In this document: positions 36,646 to 46,552 of the stretch, in pieces
How positions within the stretch are numbered: position 1 is the stretch's first letter
How the letters are laid out: each line of letters begins with the position of its first letter
Virus record (IMG/VR): IMGVR_UViG_3300025018_000106
Source: an uncultured virus (IMG/VR IMGVR_UViG_3300025018_000106)
Taxonomy: Duplodnaviria; Heunggongvirae; Uroviricota; Caudoviricetes
DNA length: 64,000 nt
Reading direction: 5' to 3' (one strand)
Notes under the pieces: generated by a model
What the model was told of the DNA's origin: nothing
The model's input: only the letters and a program-made list of their open reading frames with translations
Databases searched by the model: none
Made by a program: the position numbers and the translations under genes

Positions 36646-39600
36646 ATGTCAAGCATTACGAACATCAATAACAACGCGAGCGTAGTTAACGTTGGACGAA
36701 CAACGCCGGTCGCTCCTGGTAGAGCGACAGCAGATCGATCCATTCCGGTCGTTCTCGCGTCTGACCAGTCTGCGGTGCCTGTTGAAGAACAGAACAAGAT
36801 TCAGTCCGAAGTTGCACTTTCGCTTCTGGGTATTCCGCGTTCTGAAGTCGCACTTGGTATCTTCGCAGACGTTAACACCTATGACGTGAACCCATCCGAG
36901 TGGTCACTTGAACCAGCAGCATGGGTCACGGGTTGGGGCATTCGTCACTTGCCGAACGAAGCAGGCGCTCTTGTCGAAGCGCCACGAAACGAAAAGACAA
37001 TACTGACCTCCAAGCGTTTCTTCCGTTATCAGCCAGGTCGTGTTTCTGCGGCAACGTTTGGTGTGAAATCTACCGTCTCGCCTATCGGCGCAGACGACGA
37101 CACGTCTTATACTTACGACTTCGCACAGAACCCGATCATCCGCAAATATGGCATCTTCGATAACTTCGACGGATACTACTGGGAAACCCGCCAGACCGGT
37201 CAAGGTGACAACTTTGCTGTTGTTCGTCGCACACAGTCTTTGCTCAAGACGCCTGTTACGCCTATGGGTCAGCAGGGCGACACAGTTAGAGGCATTAGCC
37301 CTTCCTCACAACTTCTAGTCACGCAGAATGACGACTATCGTATTGTCGGCAAGGCACCAAACGGTGACGTTGCGACCTCCCCCGATCTGTATCCAAGAGC
37401 GCGTCAAATCCTTCTTGAAAACAAGTTTGAAATTGTTGAAGCCGCTTCCGCGAACGTTACCACATCTTCTCCTTCTTTCTATGAGAACCTTGCGGTTGAG
37501 ATTTTTGGTCCTACGCCTACCTTTGCCCAGATCGAAGGCGTTGAAACAAAGTGTAAGCGTGACGCCGATCTATGGCTCGACTTCATTCTCCAAGATATGG
37601 AATGGGGCGGCGACGGCCACGTTACGATCAACCTGACGAACTTCCAGAACGCTATTCTGCCTAACACAGATACCTACGAAAAGGTATTCTATCAGGCGCT
37701 TAGATCGGAAATCGTCGGATTGTCCCTTGACGACGACAATCGCGCGGGAGTTTTGCTGGATATCGTGATTGCGGCTTCTGACTCCGCAAACACCTCCTAT
37801 AGCTTCACACCTACGGCAGGCATGATTGACGGTATCGATTACGGCACGAAGCCGCGACTCGAAACTGTCTTTGACACCAAGAAATACTACTGGGCTTACA
37901 TCGTCTCGCAATTCACCGTCACTGGCGGAGCAATCACTTACAACGTTCCTTTGGGTTTCACCGTAGATGAACTGAGACAGAAGTGCCAAAGAGACGTTGT
38001 TTACGTTCTTGAAGGATACAAAAACGACATTCTAGGCGGCGGCAACGCTGAAACGAAATACAACATGTCCATGTATTTCAGAGGCACCGGCCTGTCCATC
38101 TTCTCGCAACTTAGCAACGTTGACGAGCCGACGCGACACGCGCACCTACAATCTCTTGTCGCAGCAGACCTATCTGGTGTTGACGCGCCTGCTGGCCTGA
38201 TTGCGAACCCATTCGGCCGCTTTACGACAGGCGATGGTTTTGGTTTCGCATCTACGACTTCAGAATATCAGCACTTCATCGATCTGTCAACAGCTGTTAT
38301 CGAAAACTTCTCAGACGAAAACACTGAGGCCATGATTGTCGGTGACCGCGGCTTTGCGGGTAACCTACTTGTCTATCGCGACGGCCTGCCTATGACACAC
38401 GCTGCTGTGTTCGATTCTAGCCTACTGAAAGACGCGGTTGATATTCCTGTCAAACTACGCGCCGCAGGAAACGAAATCACACTGTCAACCGGTTCTGTTG
38501 TCCGTAAGCAATATGTGAGATACACAGGTACCGCGACATACGGCGGCCTTGTTCCTGGCACGATTTATCAGGTCGATAAAGTCATTGGTCAAAAAGGCAA
38601 CACCTTCACACTCACACACGTCTACACAGGCAACGGTGACGATGTTGGTGATCCCGTGACATTCTCTGACGCAAACATTTCAAACGGCAATCACTACACG
38701 GAAGTAAAATCAGGAGACGTTGTTCTTGCTGACGATACCGTGTTCTTCCAGACAGTTGTGCCTTTCATCTTTCCAAAGGCATACGAACCTGCGACCTACC
38801 GAGGTGCTGCTGGCGTTCCTTTCGTTTCCGACAACACGCTTAACTCTGATGGTTCCGAAGATCAAAGATTGCCCCGCGGCATGATGTTCCCATATCGTTA
38901 CTCATACGATAGAAACCTGGAAGAAATCGAAACGCGTGCTGACGGCGACAAAGCTATGTGGGTCGGTTATATCAACACAACTCTATCCGATACAAACGAC
39001 ATTCGCACACAAATTGACAACGTTAACTTCCAACTCGAATGGGTAAACTGGGTTCGCAACAATGTCAAACCAGAATTCTGGGGCGTTTACGAATATCGTG
39101 TTCCTCGCAGCCGTTTCTCCCATGATACTCTGGACGGTGTGTCCGAAGAAGCCCTGTTGCAGCGCGTCTACAGCGACCGCGCGGCGAAAGAGGACGGTTC
39201 CGTTGCTCTGCCTGGCGAACTCTACCGAGAAAGCGGCGACCAGATTTATCTGGAGAGTGTTTACAACTTCGACTTCACCAAGGTGGCCATGTTGAAGATC
39301 GAATTTTCCTGGTACGGCGCTGTGGGTGCGTTGTTCCTTGCGTATGTGCCGGTCGAAAACGGCGAAGCACGCTGGGTTCGCGTCCACCACCTACGCGCGT
39401 CCAACCAGCTGAAAATCTCGTCTCTTGGTAACGCTACATTGCCTATCACATATAACGTGTTTGGCGGCGGCGACGAAATCTCCCTTGGCGACGGCCTGTC
39501 TGGCATCCAACAAGGTTACGAAAGCGAGTCTCACAACATCGTCAAATACGGTGCGTCCTACTACATCGATGGTGGTGACCGTGGTACCGTGCGTCTCTAC

Positions 39601-40644
39601 TCACACAACAACGACGATCCTGTGAGTGCAATCGGTAAGCAATGGACCGCAACGTCTAACACGACGACCTGGAATAACACCGACCTATCTCTACGCGTTG
39701 ACGTTGGTCTGACCGGCGCGAACAACTCGGTCGATCCTGTGTTCTTTATGGGCGCAAAGATCAACACTGGCAACCGTGTTGACAATAACATCCGCGTGGT
39801 CTGGGCTGATGCGACACGAATCTATCTGTCCGCTCGACCTGCAAACTGGACGGCATCGCCGGCCACGGGTTCGATCACTCTGATTCCTGACCGCGCGGCT
39901 TCTGTCTTTGGTCTTGAAACAAAGCGAAACATCGTCAGCCAAATCTCGGGCAACTCGGTTCGTAACCGTGTTCAGGTCTATCCGACGAAACTCTCCACTT
40001 CGAACCTCGGCAACAATCCTCTGCGCCTGCGCATGAAGAAAACGCCTATCTTCCAGACAAGCGTTGTGCCTTCTGGTACCTTCGCGCTTTCTGTTGTGTA
40101 TGAGGTGACATCTGCGAACCTACCTCTTTCTGTGAACGAAAGCGGCACATACCTACAGAACGGCGAAAGCGTCTACGGTTGGATGAAAGCGCGTCTGAAT
40201 ACGGCCGACTCTGGACCTATCATCAGCGTCTTTGGTCGTCTCTACAAAGCGGCGAACCAATACTACTTCGAACTTGGCGAGACATACGCGGGTATTGTGT
40301 TCCTTATGAACGATAGTTTCTTGCTTGACAAGAGATTTGACGCTGAAGGCACAGAACTATCCGGAGTTTCGAAGTCGACCTCCGAGAAAGAAGGTCTGAG
40401 CTCGATCCTTATCGCAGATGAAACCCAAGTGCCAATCCCGGGCACGGGCATAAATATTGCGACACTGTATCTACAGGAAGGCACAGAGCAGTTTGACCTA
40501 CTGTCTTACTTCGATTACAACAAAGAATACCTGTCATTCCCATTGACAAACCGGGCGGACACACTATACTTTGTTGTGGACTCTGATACTTCATCTGCTA
40601 CGAGTGACCTAGTAAGTTTGGGTGTAACATGGGAAGAGCAGTAA
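36646..40644 (+). CDS. large putative virion protein with two phycobiliprotein-like (KCxRD) domains
   Basis: Shares a scaffold with 40645..44031 (SK..FRYQPGRVS..TFG, KIEFSWYGA.GA, KYG.SYYIDGGD.GT.RL). The insert carries KCKRD (Cys codon 37552) and KCQRD (37984). CATAAATA at 36594. Confidence 0.7.
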   Translation: MSSITNINNNASVVNVGRTTPVAPGRATADRSIPVVLASDQSAVPVEEQNKIQSEVALSLLGIPRSEVALGIFADVNTYDVNPSEWSLEPAAWVTGWGIRHLPNEAGALVEAPRNEKTILTSKRFFRYQPGRVSAATFGVKSTVSPIGADDDTSYTYDFAQNPIIRKYGIFDNFDGYYWETRQTGQGDNFAVVRRTQSLLKTPVTPMGQQGDTVRGISPSSQLLVTQNDDYRIVGKAPNGDVATSPDLYPRARQILLENKFEIVEAASANVTTSSPSFYENLAVEIFGPTPTFAQIEGVETKCKRDADLWLDFILQDMEWGGDGHVTINLTNFQNAILPNTDTYEKVFYQALRSEIVGLSLDDDNRAGVLLDIVIAASDSANTSYSFTPTAGMIDGIDYGTKPRLETVFDTKKYYWAYIVSQFTVTGGAITYNVPLGFTVDELRQKCQRDVVYVLEGYKNDILGGGNAETKYNMSMYFRGTGLSIFSQLSNVDEPTRHAHLQSLVAADLSGVDAPAGLIANPFGRFTTGDGFGFASTTSEYQHFIDLSTAVIENFSDENTEAMIVGDRGFAGNLLVYRDGLPMTHAAVFDSSLLKDAVDIPVKLRAAGNEITLSTGSVVRKQYVRYTGTATYGGLVPGTIYQVDKVIGQKGNTFTLTHVYTGNGDDVGDPVTFSDANISNGNHYTEVKSGDVVLADDTVFFQTVVPFIFPKAYEPATYRGAAGVPFVSDNTLNSDGSEDQRLPRGMMFPYRYSYDRNLEEIETRADGDKAMWVGYINTTLSDTNDIRTQIDNVNFQLEWVNWVRNNVKPEFWGVYEYRVPRSRFSHDTLDGVSEEALLQRVYSDRAAKEDGSVALPGELYRESGDQIYLESVYNFDFTKVAMLKIEFSWYGAVGALFLAYVPVENGEARWVRVHHLRASNQLKISSLGNATLPITYNVFGGGDEISLGDGLSGIQQGYESESHNIVKYGASYYIDGGDRGTVRLYSHNNDDPVSAIGKQWTATSNTTTWNNTDLSLRVDVGLTGANNSVDPVFFMGAKINTGNRVDNNIRVVWADATRIYLSARPANWTASPATGSITLIPDRAASVFGLETKRNIVSQISGNSVRNRVQVYPTKLSTSNLGNNPLRLRMKKTPIFQTSVVPSGTFALSVVYEVTSANLPLSVNESGTYLQNGESVYGWMKARLNTADSGPIISVFGRLYKAANQYYFELGETYAGIVFLMNDSFLLDKRFDAEGTELSGVSKSTSEKEGLSSILIADETQVPIPGTGINIATLYLQEGTEQFDLLSYFDYNKEYLSFPLTNRADTLYFVVDSDTSSATSDLVSLGVTWEEQ

Positions 40645-43600
40645 ATGCCAAAGCAAATCAAGATTGGATTCGACAAGGTACCTTCACCGGTCACCACCCA
40701 GTTTCCACAACTGGTTGACATTGAAGGCAACCTACTCTATGACGAGGCCGGCAACCCACTTCTAACAGAAGAACAAGGTTCACTAACGACCTTTGCGAGA
40801 GCTGAAAACTCTACGTCTGTCCATCTGAATAACGACAAACAAAACGTTGCGGAAATTGTTCCGGTTACCGAGGTGTTTCCGGAACAATCTGCTGTGTCTA
40901 CAAACCTTCTGGGTTACAACCGCGCTGAAACACAACTCAGCCTGTTCTCTGACGTTTCGACATACGGTTACGATGTAAAGAACTGGAACTATTACCGTTT
41001 TGTTGCAAACCTTGTTTTTCCGATAGAATGGTATGAAAAAGAAAACCCTGTTTACGGACGAAGAACCAATCCTGACTTTTTCGAAGAAACAAATGAGCAG
41101 GCTCTTTACCTGAAGTCTTACCCTACGCAATACACATATCCTTTCGGTCCTACTTGGTATCGTGAAGGAACAAAAAGCCGTTACAATAATGGCTTCTTTA
41201 TTCAGTATTTGAACTTCATTGCGATGGGCAAGTTTCTATACAGTCTGTTTATCGATGTTGATCCTGTTTTTGCAAACAAGAACCTCATTTCAGACCGTAT
41301 TAGACTCATCGAAAACATCAATGTTGATCCGGACGGAGAATTGACTATTGGATTCAGTCGAGGATCAACTACAGATTTGTATGGTCTTGGTATCAGCGAC
41401 GGCCAAGAAAACGAGAACATTGACGTTGATTACGGCGGCGACCTACAAGCAGCGTTTGATGAAATCGAACGTTTCACATATTTCTGGCAGCAGATCGTAG
41501 ATAATGTCGCAGTTTTTCCTAGAAGAATCGGCAATGGTATTCCAGACTTCACCGAGGATCCGATTTACACCCAAATACAATCATTTGCGAGAACCAACAC
41601 AAGACCCGGTTACCGTGACGATACCGAAAGTCTCGTGATTCTTGAAAGCAAGAACACATTCCGTTACCAACCGGGTCGTGTTTCCGGTTTCACGTTCGGC
41701 ACACGAATGAAAACTGACCAGTCCTCGCTGAACAACTTCATCGAATGGGGTGCCGCAAACGACACAGACCAGTATGTGTTCCAGCTTCGCGGTTCACAAT
41801 TCAACATCATTCGACGCAGCGTCATTCCTCTGCCGCAGACGTTGATTGAAAGAATGGGCCTACCACCCGAAGCGGTCAATGACGAATACTATCCGGTCGG
41901 ACTTGAAACGTCCGAACCGATGCAAGAGGTCGTTATCTCGCGTGACTTTTGGAACGGCGACCGTCTAAACGGTTCTGGTCCTTCTGGTTACACGTTGCAG
42001 TTTGAAAACGTGACGATGTATAAGATCGAATTCTCCTGGTACGGCGCTATCGGGGCGAAATTCTATGCCTATGTGCCAGCGCAGAATGGTGAAGCGCGAT
42101 GGGTGCTCATGCACACTCTGGTGATCGAAAACGGTATGAGCGAGCCAATCCTAAAGAACCCAGACTTCAAATTCCGTTATCTGCTCTACTCCGACAGAAC
42201 GTCGGGTGTGACTGAACCTTTCTTCATCTACAAGTATGGTTCCTCATACTACATCGATGGCGGCGACGAAGGCACGATCCGACTTTCGACGGTTACGAGC
42301 GACACGAAACCTTTCACGACAAGAACGCCTATCATCGGCGTCTTGCCGAAACAGAACATTCTGAGCTCATATCAAGGTACCGAGGTCGTAAACAACAAGA
42401 AACTTTACCCAACCACCATTTCCGTCAACTCGGACCAACCTGTCCGTATTGACGTTGAAGAAGTGCAGGGTTCGGCCGATGGTTTCCACTACCACTATTC
42501 ACCCGGTCTCACGAAAGATCGAATCGGTGAAGAGGTCGATATCCGCTTCAACTCGACTGGTTCTATCATAACCTATGCGAATAGTCAACCACTTGATGCT
42601 TCTTTCCGTTCCGCCAAGGTCATTGCAGATGGGATTTACAACGTGTATGTTGGCGACGACGGCGCGGTTGAAAGAAAGTCTACCGACGGCCTATTCGACT
42701 ATGTGTTCGCAGAACGTTCAATTGGTATCAGAACCGCAAAAACCGATGGAACAACTCTTGAACCAAGACAAGGTGCCGCGATCACAGCGCGTATGTCGAA
42801 ACGCGAGTTTGCGGCTTCAACCGTTCCGATCAACTCTGAGAAATTCAAGATTCACTTCTTGAACCCAGAACAAAGAGACGGTGAATATGGCACCAGACAT
42901 TTTGCGGACTTCTTGGTTGGTATTTCCGATAAAGAACCATTCATCGACATTGACGACAGACTGAGATTTGGTGACGATAACCCAGAAGAATTCGAGGAAA
43001 ACGGAAGCCTTGAGGACCGTTTGTATGTCGAATGGTCACACTTCGAAGAACGTAACGATAGTTTCGGCCGCGAAGATAGCGAATGGGACCCGCCTTATGG
43101 TGTCCGTATGGAAATCGACGCGCGCCTTGTTCCCTCAGATGAACCACTCGGTGTTGACAGAGGGCGTGTTTCAGCGGTTGAAGGCGAAGTTGAGACTTTG
43201 AACATCGCTGTCTCTAGTGTGACGCCTGGCGAAGGCGAATTCACAGGCCTATTCAAGATTTTGTTCGCGCCGGCAGCGAGTGTTCCTACGGGACTAATCG
43301 AAGCGTCTCTCGGTACCGGCGAAATCGGAGTGAACGGTTCATCTGTCACTCCAGAACCCGTGTTCTTCGCAGGACCTACAGGCCCAGGTGACACCCGAGA
43401 CTTCTTTGGCATCGAACCTGGCTCGGACCCGCAACAGTATTTTGTCTATGTCACCGCCAATCCAGGAACACCAAGCGAGATTCAGTTGCGTTCTGTGACG
43501 CTTCGTTCTGCATGGATTCTAGAATCTATCGACAAAGATGGCAACGAAAGATTCCCAAGACAGAAGTGGTTCTACACCAAGGCGTTCGCTTTCAACGTTC

Positions 43601-44031
43601 TGCCTTTGTATCTTGTGGTCGGTCTACGCGACGGCGCCCGAGTGAACAACATCGTTGTTGAAGAACAGTATCCAGACGGAACTCTGACGCATACACCACA
43701 GTGGATGATTGCGCCTAACACCGGTATCTCGGTCGTGTCTGACGCTTCAGCAACCGAAGCACTGACGCCTTCAAACTTCTTGGCTGACACTCGACTTCAA
43801 GGTTCCTTGTTTGACACACAGACAACGCAACCGATGCGACCAGGCGAGGTGATCTATTCGTTCTATGTCGGCGCAAACAAACCAGAAAGAATCGATCTGT
43901 CTAACGTGTTTAACTTCGATAGAAGAAATCTGTCAACAGGCCTATATAATAACAAAGCCATTTTCTTCACCGCGAATCAATTGACAAGCGGCGGAAACGT
44001 TGAAATGACATTGACGGTAAAGGAACAGTAA
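40645..44031 (+). CDS. large putative virion protein, paralog of 36646..40644
   Basis: Same conserved blocks without the KCxRD insert; CATAAATA at 40449. Confidence 0.7.
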   Translation: MPKQIKIGFDKVPSPVTTQFPQLVDIEGNLLYDEAGNPLLTEEQGSLTTFARAENSTSVHLNNDKQNVAEIVPVTEVFPEQSAVSTNLLGYNRAETQLSLFSDVSTYGYDVKNWNYYRFVANLVFPIEWYEKENPVYGRRTNPDFFEETNEQALYLKSYPTQYTYPFGPTWYREGTKSRYNNGFFIQYLNFIAMGKFLYSLFIDVDPVFANKNLISDRIRLIENINVDPDGELTIGFSRGSTTDLYGLGISDGQENENIDVDYGGDLQAAFDEIERFTYFWQQIVDNVAVFPRRIGNGIPDFTEDPIYTQIQSFARTNTRPGYRDDTESLVILESKNTFRYQPGRVSGFTFGTRMKTDQSSLNNFIEWGAANDTDQYVFQLRGSQFNIIRRSVIPLPQTLIERMGLPPEAVNDEYYPVGLETSEPMQEVVISRDFWNGDRLNGSGPSGYTLQFENVTMYKIEFSWYGAIGAKFYAYVPAQNGEARWVLMHTLVIENGMSEPILKNPDFKFRYLLYSDRTSGVTEPFFIYKYGSSYYIDGGDEGTIRLSTVTSDTKPFTTRTPIIGVLPKQNILSSYQGTEVVNNKKLYPTTISVNSDQPVRIDVEEVQGSADGFHYHYSPGLTKDRIGEEVDIRFNSTGSIITYANSQPLDASFRSAKVIADGIYNVYVGDDGAVERKSTDGLFDYVFAERSIGIRTAKTDGTTLEPRQGAAITARMSKREFAASTVPINSEKFKIHFLNPEQRDGEYGTRHFADFLVGISDKEPFIDIDDRLRFGDDNPEEFEENGSLEDRLYVEWSHFEERNDSFGREDSEWDPPYGVRMEIDARLVPSDEPLGVDRGRVSAVEGEVETLNIAVSSVTPGEGEFTGLFKILFAPAASVPTGLIEASLGTGEIGVNGSSVTPEPVFFAGPTGPGDTRDFFGIEPGSDPQQYFVYVTANPGTPSEIQLRSVTLRSAWILESIDKDGNERFPRQKWFYTKAFAFNVLPLYLVVGLRDGARVNNIVVEEQYPDGTLTHTPQWMIAPNTGISVVSDASATEALTPSNFLADTRLQGSLFDTQTTQPMRPGEVIYSFYVGANKPERIDLSNVFNFDRRNLSTGLYNNKAIFFTANQLTSGGNVEMTLTVKEQ

Positions 44032-44032
44032 C

Positions 44033-46543
44033 GTGAGCACGATTTACGTTGGACTGAATACAAGACGACTCTTTGCGGATATTGCCAGCCCGGCCCAGAG
44101 CCTTGACGCACTCGGGCTGAATATCGAGGGCGTTCGACTGTTGAATGGCGAAGGTTCAGAAAGCGGCAATGCGTTGATCGATATTCCTCTTGACGCGGAA
44201 GAGATTCGAACTCTTTCCGGTCTGGACGTTGATTCTTCAAAAGAGCTTTATTCGTTGACCCGCGCGGTGTCAAGATTGAACGAGGACGCGACCGAAATCT
44301 CGGATATCAACAACTCGCTCCAATTCAACATTCGCATCAACGATCAAGTCCGCGCGGGTGCGATCAAATACAAGTTTCTCGACTTTTCCGATAGCAGTAT
44401 TAGGTCAGGCGATATCTCCACGTCTCGCGTTTCTTCATGGTCGGGCGACCTAAACAACATTTTCTATGGCGGCGAGGTCGAAGTCATTCCTAACGGAAAC
44501 AACTCAAATATCGACCTCGAAGCCTTGAACCTGGATCATGCGCCGCAGCCTTTGAAGTTTCCGAACGAACCAGACACACCAGAAATTCCGACGCACCTTA
44601 TCACCATTCGTATCGATGGTGTTGACCGTCAGTTTTACGCGATGAAAGGTATTCCTCTTACATGGAGAGGTTTCTTCCAGAACGCGAACAGATCGAACCC
44701 AGATATCAACTTCAACGATATCACAGGCCCTTCTGGCAGCGGCGGCTCAGGTCTGTATTACAATGCGACTCCGATTGGTAGTGCCGAGGCACGTTGGATC
44801 ATTCGCAACACGGATGACGACCGCGAATTCGTTTCCACAGCAGGCACCGAATCGTTCTTCTTTACCGACGTGGCGACGAAAGAACGCGATATCGAACTGT
44901 ATTACAATCCAGATGGTATTGTCAAGCTTGGTCTGTCTGGACTGAATATCTCGGACATTCCGAGAACCGTGTTGAACAACCTTGAATACTACAACCTAGC
45001 TCTCAACGATTTGTCCGAGACGCCGAACTTTGCTGTCTACACACCTAATCTAGTCAGTTTGCGTCTGCTTGGCAACAACCTTTCTCGCGCAAGAGACGAA
45101 AACGGCGCACAGATTCCAGGCAACACACAGTTGAACGATAACCTACCTTCTAGCCTGAAATACTTGGATATCACAGGTTGCTTCGAAGATGATGTTCCGA
45201 TCAACATTGCGAATACATGCCCAGAGTTGCGTTGGTTCAATATGGGTTCATACTATCTGACGTATTCACAAAGACGAATGACTTATGGTGGTGCAACAGC
45301 GGTCTCACCTGCCGTTGCGAATACAATTCAAGAATATTCAATTCGAAATCAGCCACATACGAGACTTTCGCAAACAATCGTGAATGCGCCTGATTTGAGA
45401 ATTCTTGATATCACAAGCAACAATATCTCAGGCGCTGAGAATCCGGCAGCACCGGCAAATACGGACCCGGTGCCTATACAATTTAATCCTTTGGCGTTGC
45501 CGCCTCTGGAAACATTCTTGTCCAATAACAACTCGCACAACCTAATATCTGTTGCGGGTATTAGCACCATTCGCACATATCGTCACCAAAATTCACGAGG
45601 AATGTTGGAAGTAGATGGTGTTACAAACGATGTAAACGGCGCCTTTGATGGTTCGAACGACTCACTTGAAGAAATCAACCTGAATGCGTCAGATGTGACC
45701 GGCGATATCGACACCGCTTTTGCAGGACTCGCTTCACTCGAAACCCTGGAGATTCGATTTACGCGTATGTCGGGTAAACTGGTTGACGGCAGTTTCACGG
45801 GAACGAACAACCTTAGGTTCTTGCGTATCGCTGGTTCGTTGTATAACGATCCTGACTTCTTTAGTGTGTCAACAGGCACAGGTGCTTGTTTCTCAGGACT
45901 CACACAATTGCGTGACGTTTTTGTTTACGGTAACAGAAACATCGGTGGTTTACTACCGTCTTTTTCAACGAATTTCAACCTGGGACGACTCTACATCGCC
46001 AACACCACATTGACAGGCAACGTTCCTCTTTTCGCTGAAAACTCTAACTTGCTCTTCTTGTATTTGATGAACTCGGAGTTTACGGGCGGCGTGCCTTCAT
46101 TCTCAGGTTCTAACTGGCGTGTCATTGCTTTGAACTCTAACAACCTCAGTGGCGATTTTTCAACGACGGTTCTTGATTGTGCGAACCTAAACACCTTGCG
46201 TGTCGAATACAACAATCTGTCCGGTTCTTTGCCTTCGTTCTCACTGTGCAGACGACTTGTCAATCTTCGTTGCCAAGGCAACAACATCAGTGGTTACACC
46301 TCGGGAGCATTGACACAGAACACCAGCCTGAGAAACTTCGATCTAAGCAATAACGAGTTGTCGGGTTCTGCTGCGGGCTCGATTTTCACCGATCTACTCG
46401 AAAATTATAACGCAAGACCGAGAACAGGCGTAACCATCAACTTGGCCGGGAACAACTTTGCCGAGAACTCAACCGATCTGAGCGCAGAGACATTGACTAC
46501 AATCGCAACACTACGTTCCCTTGGTTGGACGATCATCATCTAA
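44033..46543 (+). CDS. leucine-rich repeat protein
   Basis: Many LxxLxLxxNxLxGxxP repeats, e.g. LNTLRVEYNNLSGSLPSF, LRNFDLSNNELSG, LGRLYIANTTLTGNVPLF. Confidence 0.85.
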   Translation: MSTIYVGLNTRRLFADIASPAQSLDALGLNIEGVRLLNGEGSESGNALIDIPLDAEEIRTLSGLDVDSSKELYSLTRAVSRLNEDATEISDINNSLQFNIRINDQVRAGAIKYKFLDFSDSSIRSGDISTSRVSSWSGDLNNIFYGGEVEVIPNGNNSNIDLEALNLDHAPQPLKFPNEPDTPEIPTHLITIRIDGVDRQFYAMKGIPLTWRGFFQNANRSNPDINFNDITGPSGSGGSGLYYNATPIGSAEARWIIRNTDDDREFVSTAGTESFFFTDVATKERDIELYYNPDGIVKLGLSGLNISDIPRTVLNNLEYYNLALNDLSETPNFAVYTPNLVSLRLLGNNLSRARDENGAQIPGNTQLNDNLPSSLKYLDITGCFEDDVPINIANTCPELRWFNMGSYYLTYSQRRMTYGGATAVSPAVANTIQEYSIRNQPHTRLSQTIVNAPDLRILDITSNNISGAENPAAPANTDPVPIQFNPLALPPLETFLSNNNSHNLISVAGISTIRTYRHQNSRGMLEVDGVTNDVNGAFDGSNDSLEEINLNASDVTGDIDTAFAGLASLETLEIRFTRMSGKLVDGSFTGTNNLRFLRIAGSLYNDPDFFSVSTGTGACFSGLTQLRDVFVYGNRNIGGLLPSFSTNFNLGRLYIANTTLTGNVPLFAENSNLLFLYLMNSEFTGGVPSFSGSNWRVIALNSNNLSGDFSTTVLDCANLNTLRVEYNNLSGSLPSFSLCRRLVNLRCQGNNISGYTSGALTQNTSLRNFDLSNNELSGSAAGSIFTDLLENYNARPRTGVTINLAGNNFAENSTDLSAETLTTIATLRSLGWTIII

Positions 46544-46552
46544 GAGGTATTC

